Assembly (NCBI GenBank): GCA_947629985.1
Contig: CANRFV010000001.1
Location: 49,329 to 113,328 of the forward strand
Source: an uncultured Clostridia bacterium
Lineage (GTDB): Bacteria; Bacillota; Clostridia; Christensenellales; CAG-314
Length of the DNA: 64,000 bases
Direction: 5' to 3'
Shown: piece after piece, positions 44,021-51,716 of the stretch
How positions within the stretch are numbered: position 1 is the first letter of the stretch
Layout of the letters: each line of letters starts with the position of its first letter
Notes under the pieces: model-generated
Databases searched by the model: none
What the model saw: the letters and a program-made list of their open reading frames with translations, nothing else
What the model was told of the DNA's origin: nothing
Position numbers and translations under genes: made by a program

Positions 44021-47000
44021 TCATACATACAATTCTTTCCTGTCATTAAGTATGACGGGCAGGGACGCCAAGATGTTAGCCGAGGCGGTTGAGTTTCCGT
44101 TGTGCCAAATCACAATGTTGTCAAGTTCGTGTTCTCCGCTGTCGTCCCAACGCCAACAACCCGCTATCCAATCGCGGAAATAGCCAAAATAATCGGAGTA
44201 GCTATTACCGCAAGGATTGTTGCCGGGATCGTTCGCAGAATAAACAAACACTTTTCCTTTCAACAACACGTCCTCTCCACGCATAAACAGCCAAGCACAT
44301 GTAAGAATTTGATCGAGCGGACGTTCGATATACACCGCTTTCAGCGCGAGGTCACCGTCAAAGACACCACCGGCAAATTCATAAAATTTCGTTCCTCTTA
44401 TAATTACCGTTTCTAATGATGTGCAACGCGCAAAGTTACCACCGCCAAGGATTTTTACACCCTCGCCCAATTCAACGCTTATTAACGATGTACAATCCTT
44501 ACACATATCTATCCCGTATGATTGAACGGTATTTGGAATTACAAGGTGTTCAAGCCGAGAATTGGCAAAACAGGATATTCCCAGTGTTTCAATCGTACTC
44601 GGTATCTCTATACTAGTGCCCAAGTATCCGTAAAAGGAAAACCCACCAAACGCTTTCAAACTCAATGCGCGTCCCCAATTAAGTTTAGCCGCAGTTCCGT
44701 CAAAAGCATGTTCACCTATCTTCGTAAGATAGTTTGTCATCTGAACGCTTGTCAGGTTGGTGCAACCGGCAAACGCATAATTGCCAAATTCAGACACCTG
44801 ACGAGAGAACGTAAGCGTTATTAGTTCCGAATGTCCGTCAAAAGCATGATCGCCAATGACGGTAACGTTATCCGGCACATTTACCGTTTCCGCATATCCG
44901 TAATAAGACTTCAATGTGTTGCCCTGTATCTCAAAGATATGAAATCCGCAAACAGAACATTGTTCCATACCTTCGGAGAAATCGAATACGCCGTCATTCA
45001 ATTGATAGACGTGCGGCTGCATACCAAATTCGGCTCCGCAACCTGAACACGCATAGTAATGCCCTTCGGCATTGGCAGACAAAGAATCTTGCTGATCGTG
45101 AGGAGTCTTTTTGCCCGCAACACCGTTGCTGTCTTCGATATAGGAACATCCGTCATCTGTACAACGATACCAGTGATAATCATTGTCACGAGTCAGTTCA
45201 AGATGATGTTCGGCAACGACCGTAAATGTAAGTTCGTTGACAGTATCGCCAACCTTGATCGTAACAGTTACCGTCTTATCTTCACTATGTTCCTGCTTGG
45301 CGACGGTGAAGGTAAGAGTATTGGAAGTCGCGTCATAGGAGTAAGTAATATAGCCGTCCTCGTTACCTTGGTAGGAAACATAAACTTCGTTCTCTCTTAT
45401 ATTCTTAAATGGAACGGTAAATAACCTTGCCGTTGCCTTTTCGCCACGATGCAAATTCGTATCTCCGTTGAAGCTCAACACATAATCATCGGCAACGTCT
45501 TTATCCAAACGGTCGATGAGTAGTACAGGTCTATGCATGGACAGGTCTATCGTCAGAAGATATTCGGCACGAGTAATGATAACAATGTTATTCTGATCGC
45601 CACTTGTGACATCGTAGTCGCTCGTCCATCCGCCGTAGTTGATATCGCTTAGCTCTTCTACAAGATTGACTGTATTAATCTCACCCGTCCAGGTGTCGGG
45701 ATCCATACCGAGGAACACGATCTTAAACTTGCCAGAATCGCCGGAAACAGGCGGAACGAATTGTAACGTGTATTTTGTAGGACTTATCTGAGTAAAGGTA
45801 TATTGCTGCCGAGAGCTTCCCTGTGTAGTCGTTACGTCCTGACCAAGTGCTGTCCATCCACCGTATGATTCACCTATCACATAAAATTGATCGGAATAGA
45901 ACAACACATCAACGACAGCCGAAACAGACGAATCGGCAAGAGACACCGCCTTGATTTTAATTGTACCGAGAGAGCGGGCGGTAATTTGTCCCGTGACGGA
46001 ATCGACTATGGCGCGCGTGCTTGAAGGATGAGACAACAACGCAGAGTAATCCGTCACATCGTAGTAACGCACCTGTTGATTGGTCGCATCAGAATTGACA
46101 GTTGCTTTGACAGTCGTAGTCCAATCTCCAACGCCGTTGTTGACGTTGACTTGGTAACTATTTTGTTCAAAACGTATCGAACGCACCGGCACTTCGGAAC
46201 TACCGCTAGATAAAACATAAAGTTCTACCGACGACTCAACTCCGAGAATCGCTATCTTTACCTCAACAGTAAACTGTTGCGTGATCGTTCCGCTGACCTG
46301 CACGACAAATTGTCTTTGCGCAAAGTTGAGTTTGCAACTAACAAACCTTTCGCAATCTACAAAATCGGAATGTACCTCAATGGAAATATCCGACTCCGCG
46401 AGTTTTACATTGGCGGGAGTAACGACAAAACCAAACGTAGAACTGCCACCACTGCGAAGAACGTAGTCGCCCTGCGACAAAGAAATTTCGACAGACTGAA
46501 CACCCAACGACACCAAATTGATGTACACCTGCGCTTTGGAACCGGTGAGGTCTAACGTTATCTTGTACACACCGGGAGCGTTTACACAAAGATGATCCAC
46601 CGCATTGGAAATGTAACTATCATCGGAACGAGCGGCATTGTAATAATAGTCGGATGATACCCATTGAGACGGAATATTTTTGTTCCATACGTCCTCGTTC
46701 TTGGATTCATCGTGTTGCGTGAAGTTTGCCACTTGTGGGAATATGATCTGGAAGCCGTTGTCGGGAGTGAGATAGCGCGTCAAGGAGTAAACGCCCTTCT
46801 GCTCTTCCTGCATCAATACTTCCGCTTGTGCAGCGCCTTCGCGGTCGGTAGTAAAGGACCAATCCCAATCGCTGTTGCCCAATCCGTAACCGTAAATGAA
46901 GAAATATTCGTCGGTTACAAGAACGCTGCATCTTGCCGTATAGCTGTGGCTGTTGCTATCGTAGACAGTGGCAGTTACCGTTGTCGAACCGAAGTTTACG

Positions 47001-48361
47001 CCTGTAATCGTGGCGGTATCGCCATTGCCGGAAACGGTAGCCACATCGCTGTTGGAAACAGACCAAACAACACGAGACAATTCGGCATTGACAAGAGATA
47101 CTTTCAAATCGGTTGACGTGCCGATGTACACTTGCGCACTGCTCTGCATATCCGCCAAAACTGTGCCCTTGGCAAGCACTTTGACTGTACAGGTTGCCAC
47201 AAGGGAAGGATCTTCCGCAGAGGTTGCTTTGATCGTGGCTGTGCCTGTCGCTTTACCCTTGACAGACACAACGCCCGCGCCGTCGTCTTGTACGGAGACT
47301 AACTCACTGCCGCTTGTTACGGACAGCGTGTAAGCCGTATTTGTGGCGTCAGCGGGGGAGAATACAAGGCTGACTTGTCTTGCAGCGGCTTCCGCCACCA
47401 CTGTGATGGAATCTTCGCTGAAACTGATAGATTCGACGTGCCTGACAACTGTTACCACGCACTGGTCGGTGTAACCGCCCTGTGCCGTGCTGACCGTGAT
47501 AGTTGCCTTGCCATAGCCGACAGCTGTAACAACGCCTTGTTGGTCTACGGTTACAACGCTGTCGTCATCCACACTCCAAGTTACAAGCCGACTGTTTGCT
47601 TCCAAAGGCAAAACGGTCGCGGTAAGTTGCCGTTCATCGCCGAGTTCCAAAGAAAGTTCCTTTTGACTGAGTTGAACGCCGTTGACTTCGACGCTGCTCT
47701 GTTCCACCGTGATATCGAGCGAATCACTGAGTTCGCCTATCGTTGCGGTCAGCGTTGCGTTGCCGACGGCAATCGCTTGCACTTCGCCTTGCGCATTGAC
47801 GGTAAGCACCGCACTATTGCTCGAAGCCCAAACGGGCGTTTCTTCTGCGCTTGTTCCGTCGGAATAGGTTACGGCAGCCTTGTAGGCATACTTGTCGCCG
47901 ACATACAAAGTGGATACTTTGGTTGTGATCTCCAACGAAAGGCGCTGTGTGGTAAAGGCGTATTCCAACGTGTTTTCCGCTTGATCGTAGGAGAAAACAT
48001 AAGTTCCGCCATGCGCTACCTTTACACTGCCTTCATCGCCTTGCACCAAATGGTTTTCCGCAGAGAACATACTGTCGAAGCCTATCTTGCCGTCATCGCC
48101 CACATTGCGAAGAAAGAACTGTTCTCCTTGTGCAAGCGTAACGGTCAACATGTATATATCGTTACCCGCAGACTGAAAATGCAATCTTTGTGGTATTTTT
48201 TCCTTAGAATCGTATGTTTGCCAATTCTCCGATTGGAGCGACAAATAGTATTCTTTTGACGTATCGTCCTTGCGACAGGCAGCGACCGAAACGGTCAACA
48301 GCGCAACAAGCAAAAATACGCAAAGAATGGATAAGATATGATGTTTTTTTGTTCGTAACAC
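44021..48361 (-). CDS. Giant surface lipoprotein: multiple Big_2 Ig-like domains, Cys modules, C-terminal BspA-type leucine-rich repeats
   Basis: I take the GTG start at 48361, which follows GAGGAGGG. The lipobox is LLTVSVAAC. There are at least 5 Big_2-like units (e.g. VTWSVDDDSVVTVDQQGVVTAVGYGKATITVST). Cys modules include YHWYRCTDDGCSY, HYYACSGCGAEF and QCSVCGF. LRR units include VTVIGDHAFDGHSELITLTF and NYAFAGCTNLTSVQM. Confidence 0.85.
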   Translation of the reverse strand: MLRTKKHHILSILCVFLLVALLTVSVAACRKDDTSKEYYLSLQSENWQTYDSKEKIPQRLHFQSAGNDIYMLTVTLAQGEQFFLRNVGDDGKIGFDSMFSAENHLVQGDEGSVKVAHGGTYVFSYDQAENTLEYAFTTQRLSLEITTKVSTLYVGDKYAYKAAVTYSDGTSAEETPVWASSNSAVLTVNAQGEVQAIAVGNATLTATIGELSDSLDITVEQSSVEVNGVQLSQKELSLELGDERQLTATVLPLEANSRLVTWSVDDDSVVTVDQQGVVTAVGYGKATITVSTAQGGYTDQCVVTVVRHVESISFSEDSITVVAEAAARQVSLVFSPADATNTAYTLSVTSGSELVSVQDDGAGVVSVKGKATGTATIKATSAEDPSLVATCTVKVLAKGTVLADMQSSAQVYIGTSTDLKVSLVNAELSRVVWSVSNSDVATVSGNGDTATITGVNFGSTTVTATVYDSNSHSYTARCSVLVTDEYFFIYGYGLGNSDWDWSFTTDREGAAQAEVLMQEEQKGVYSLTRYLTPDNGFQIIFPQVANFTQHDESKNEDVWNKNIPSQWVSSDYYYNAARSDDSYISNAVDHLCVNAPGVYKITLDLTGSKAQVYINLVSLGVQSVEISLSQGDYVLRSGGSSTFGFVVTPANVKLAESDISIEVHSDFVDCERFVSCKLNFAQRQFVVQVSGTITQQFTVEVKIAILGVESSVELYVLSSGSSEVPVRSIRFEQNSYQVNVNNGVGDWTTTVKATVNSDATNQQVRYYDVTDYSALLSHPSSTRAIVDSVTGQITARSLGTIKIKAVSLADSSVSAVVDVLFYSDQFYVIGESYGGWTALGQDVTTTQGSSRQQYTFTQISPTKYTLQFVPPVSGDSGKFKIVFLGMDPDTWTGEINTVNLVEELSDINYGGWTSDYDVTSGDQNNIVIITRAEYLLTIDLSMHRPVLLIDRLDKDVADDYVLSFNGDTNLHRGEKATARLFTVPFKNIRENEVYVSYQGNEDGYITYSYDATSNTLTFTVAKQEHSEDKTVTVTIKVGDTVNELTFTVVAEHHLELTRDNDYHWYRCTDDGCSYIEDSNGVAGKKTPHDQQDSLSANAEGHYYACSGCGAEFGMQPHVYQLNDGVFDFSEGMEQCSVCGFHIFEIQGNTLKSYYGYAETVNVPDNVTVIGDHAFDGHSELITLTFSRQVSEFGNYAFAGCTNLTSVQMTNYLTKIGEHAFDGTAAKLNWGRALSLKAFGGFSFYGYLGTSIEIPSTIETLGISCFANSRLEHLVIPNTVQSYGIDMCKDCTSLISVELGEGVKILGGGNFARCTSLETVIIRGTKFYEFAGGVFDGDLALKAVYIERPLDQILTCAWLFMRGEDVLLKGKVFVYSANDPGNNPCGNSYSDYFGYFRDWIAGCWRWDDSGEHELDNIVIWHNGNSTASANILASLPVILNDRKELYV

Positions 48362-48549
48362 TTTGTTGCCCTCCTCTTCTTCCACCGCCTGTACAACAAA
48401 AAATCCGCAAGGACTTGTTTGCGTACCCGTCAAATGCTGCGCCGCGCAATAGGCGGCGCAGACTTGAACGAGAATTGTTGTCCACGCCCTGTCGGAAGAA
48501 CGACAGGGTAGGACACAAAGGCGAAATGGAAATTTCGCTTAGCCAAATA

Positions 48550-48654
48550 CTATTCGGCAGAAGCTGTGGCGGACACGAAGTTGAGTTCGACACCCGTCAA
48601 AATACCGTCGTCATTAACAATTGTTACATTTGTTCTCAAAATTGCCTTTTTCAT
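48550..48654 (-). CDS. Possible 34-aa small ORF in the intergenic region between the two surface-protein genes
   Basis: Below the track cutoff. The ATG at 48654 follows GGAGAA with 6-nt spacing. The translation is MKKAILRTNVTIVNDDGILTGVELNFVSATASAE. Confidence 0.3.
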   Translation of the reverse strand: MKKAILRTNVTIVNDDGILTGVELNFVSATASAE

Positions 48655-48900
48655 ATCAAATTCTCCTTAAAATATAGTATTTTGTCCAATCGGGTGGAAC
48701 CGCCCAGTCCAAGGTATTGCCTTGGACGTTGGTGCTTTTGCACCGAGTAACATTGATACATTTCGGCCGTTTTCGCCACCGACTTGCGCCACTTAATTAT
48801 CCCATTGGTGTAATCCTCCTTTCTACATATTTGCACCTTGTGCATCTACTTGCCGAGACATTTACACATTTAGTACATATAACAAATCATCTCATAGGCA

Positions 48901-51528
48901 TTACATCTCCTTCCAGGGTTTCGGTAAAATTTGGTCTGTTTCCCAATGCCACTCAGTATCGTTGCCGCTTTCAGCTTTGTAGAACAAAACTTGTTTCGGT
49001 TGAGTCAATACACCGGTTATATCAATCAATTGCCATTGGTCTTGTGTGCCAAGGAAATAAATTGTATTTAGTGTCGCATCAAATCCCTCAAAACCTATTC
49101 CAAATGCCCCACTGTTAATTGTCTTTATTGTTTCGGGAAGAACCAACCAATCAAAATTCGTACACAACATAAGAAAATCCGTTGGTATATCGGTAACTTG
49201 TGCAAGAATTATTAATGTGTTAAGATTGGAACAACCACTAAACATACCGGCGGGCAATTCAGTAATATTACATTCTCTGGGAATGATAACGTTAGTTATT
49301 GTCGCATTATTATTAAAGCAACCACTATTTTGACTACCCTGAATTACTTCTACAGATATTCCGTCAATTTTGTCAGGAATTCTCAATTTTTTGTAGTTTC
49401 CGTTATACTTTGTGATTGCGCGAGTTTGTAAGTCAAACGTCCATGTGTTATTGTAATTTTTACCACATATATCGCACACTCCATCGTAATACCCGTACTC
49501 ATCGGCAGTATCGATTTCTTCGTGTTCATCTGTTTTAAGGTAACCGCACTTTGAGCACGCCTTATTATCGCCGAGTTGATCGTGCGCTTCCAACGCCAAC
49601 TCGTTGCCGCATATGCACTTTCCTCTGTGACCGCTTTCGGGTGCTGCAGAGTCGGCAGTATAAACTACTTGACCGCTTTCTTCGCACTTAATCGGTTCTG
49701 TTTTATATGTACAATTACTATTTTGACACTCTTCGTGATGGGAGTCTGCATCAAAAACCAATTTCAGATTATGATCACGGAACCTGGCTTTGTATGTGCA
49801 TCCGTTAGCATCACAAACTTGATACTCTCCGTCAGGACTAGAATAATCTGTACGATAGTGATGTTGTTCTTTTACAAGCGCCTCACAAATGTCGCATCTA
49901 TATGTATGACCGCCAGCACCTGCATTTTCGTATACTCCGGACGAATTAACGTGTGCAACAGTCTCTGTAACGTAATCACAATCAAGGCAATTGGTGTGAT
50001 GTCCCTGATTGCCGTCTGATGCATATTCGGGATCCAAGTTGTGAGATTTAACTTCGCCTTCGTAACCACAACCCTCAGTTTTGCAAACTTCTTTGTGTCC
50101 GCTTTCACCTGCGGATTTGGTTTCGAGATCGTGGCTGTGAGCAACTTCGTATTCGCACTGCTCACATTCGAACTTGGTCTTGTCGGAGTTGATCTTTAAG
50201 CTGTGTGCGGAAACTGCTCCTTCATATCCGCAGCCTTCGGTTTTACAAACTTCTTTGTGTCCGCTTTCACCTGCGGATTTTGTTTCGAGAGCGTGGCTGT
50301 GAGCAACTTCGTATTCGCACTGTTCGCACTCGAACTTGGTCTTGTCGGAGTTTATTTTGAGACTGTGATTTGCAGTGGATGTGTAACCGCAACCTTCAAC
50401 AGTACAGGAAACGGTATGTTGTTCGCTGCCGGTAGATTTATATGAAAGAGTGTGGGTGTGGGCAACTTCGTATTCGCATTGTTCACACTCGAACTTAGTC
50501 TTATCGGAGTTAATTTTAAGACTATGAGCGGAAACAGCACCTTCATATCCACAACCTTCGGTTTTGCAAACTTCTTTGTGTCCGCTTACACCGGCGGACT
50601 CTACCTTGATATCGTGGTTGTGAGCAACTTCGTATTCGCACTGTTCACATTCGAACTTGTCCTTGGCGGAGTTGATTTTGAGACTGTGTTTTGCTGTGGA
50701 TGTGTAACCGCAACCTTCAACAGTACAGGAGATGGTATGTTGTTCGCCGTCGGTAGATTTATATGAAAGGGAGTGAGTGTGGTTTTCTTCATATTCGCAT
50801 TGTTCGCACTCGAATTTAGTCTTGTCGGAGTTGATTTTGAGACTGTGAGCGGCAACTTCGCTTTCATAGCCGCAGCCATCTACGCCGCAGACAGACTTGT
50901 GTCCGCTTTCGCCGGCGGATACAGTTGTAAGTTGGTGATCGGTTACCGTAACGGTGCAGGTTGCCGTTTTGCCGTCGCCCGCCGTTGCAGTGATGACCGT
51001 TTCGCCTGCCGCTACTGCCGTGATTTTGCCGTTGTTGTCAACTGTGGCAACCGCAGGAACGCTTGACGTCCAGGTTACGGTCTTGTCGGTAGCATTTTCG
51101 GGGAGAACTTGCGCTGTGAGCGTATCGTCTTGCTTGGTAACGTGTACGCTGAGCGACTGCTTGTTGAGAGAAACGCTCTCTACTGCCACCGTGGTGGACT
51201 TGAAGGTAACGGTTATGGTCGTGTCTTGTTGTACTTTGAACACAAATTTGCCTTCGCTGTTGAGTTCGCCGACTTTTTCTTCCGAGCCGAGCTTGAATGA
51301 CTCGACTGCGTAGCCATCAACCGGCTTTACGGTAACGGTGAGTTCCGTGCCTTCTTTGTATTGACCGTCCTGCGATTCGGGCGAAAGCGTAACTGAACCT
51401 TGCGCCTTGTCATAATTCGCAATCTTAACTGAATAGGTTTTGTTGCATGCGGCAAACGTCAGGCAAAGAGCCACGAGCGTTACCAAACACAACAGAACAA
51501 TTAATGTGTGCTTTTGGTTTTGTTTCAT
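48901..51528 (-). CDS. Surface lipoprotein: Big_2 domain, tandem four-Cys modules, C-terminal BspA-type LRR
   Basis: The lipobox is LCLTFAAC and the Big_2 unit is VTWTSSVPAVATVDNNGKITAVAAGETVITATA. About 7 units of ...GHKEVCKTEGCGYEG...HSLKINSDKTKFECEQCEYEVAH... are followed by degenerate Cys modules and LRR units (ITELPAGMFSGCSNLNTLII). Confidence 0.85.
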   Translation of the reverse strand: MKQNQKHTLIVLLCLVTLVALCLTFAACNKTYSVKIANYDKAQGSVTLSPESQDGQYKEGTELTVTVKPVDGYAVESFKLGSEEKVGELNSEGKFVFKVQQDTTITVTFKSTTVAVESVSLNKQSLSVHVTKQDDTLTAQVLPENATDKTVTWTSSVPAVATVDNNGKITAVAAGETVITATAGDGKTATCTVTVTDHQLTTVSAGESGHKSVCGVDGCGYESEVAAHSLKINSDKTKFECEQCEYEENHTHSLSYKSTDGEQHTISCTVEGCGYTSTAKHSLKINSAKDKFECEQCEYEVAHNHDIKVESAGVSGHKEVCKTEGCGYEGAVSAHSLKINSDKTKFECEQCEYEVAHTHTLSYKSTGSEQHTVSCTVEGCGYTSTANHSLKINSDKTKFECEQCEYEVAHSHALETKSAGESGHKEVCKTEGCGYEGAVSAHSLKINSDKTKFECEQCEYEVAHSHDLETKSAGESGHKEVCKTEGCGYEGEVKSHNLDPEYASDGNQGHHTNCLDCDYVTETVAHVNSSGVYENAGAGGHTYRCDICEALVKEQHHYRTDYSSPDGEYQVCDANGCTYKARFRDHNLKLVFDADSHHEECQNSNCTYKTEPIKCEESGQVVYTADSAAPESGHRGKCICGNELALEAHDQLGDNKACSKCGYLKTDEHEEIDTADEYGYYDGVCDICGKNYNNTWTFDLQTRAITKYNGNYKKLRIPDKIDGISVEVIQGSQNSGCFNNNATITNVIIPRECNITELPAGMFSGCSNLNTLIILAQVTDIPTDFLMLCTNFDWLVLPETIKTINSGAFGIGFEGFDATLNTIYFLGTQDQWQLIDITGVLTQPKQVLFYKAESGNDTEWHWETDQILPKPWKEM
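50031..50940 (-). repeat. Tandem near-identical coding repeats, ~126-nt period with two alternating subtypes (~252-nt super-repeat)
   Basis: Long DNA stretches recur, e.g. gagcaacttcgtattcgcactgttc...gaacttggtcttgtcggagtt and ccttcggttttacaaacttctttgtgtccgctttcacctgcggatt. The protein units SAGESGHKEVCKTEGCGYEGAVSAHSLKINSDKTKFECEQCEYEVAHSH occur almost verbatim three times. Confidence 0.85.
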
Positions 51529-51716
51529 TGTTGTAATACTCCTTGTAATTATTTTTTCGCAGTTATTTATGGCGCGAATCCCATCTCTTTACGGAAGTGT
51601 GGTTCGGTTTTGTTTGACCGACAATTTTGCCTAAACTTTTTACACCCGAAATGTAAACTCAAACCATAGAAGTTCTCACCCCTTTTTTGTTCTGTATTTA
51701 AGTAACACAACGCCTG

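Noticed and set aside
48204-48593. A 129-aa minus-strand ORF, and the 24-codon ATG-initiated extension of the 1470-aa track ORF.
   Set aside because: The GTG at 48361 with a GAGGAGGG RBS yields a clean lipoprotein signal peptide. The upstream frames have no signal-peptide logic.
50031-50940. Regular ~126-nt periodicity that could suggest a CRISPR or other non-coding array.
   Set aside because: The repeats are contiguous with no unique spacers. They maintain one long reading frame and encode a conserved Cys module, so this is a coding tandem repeat.
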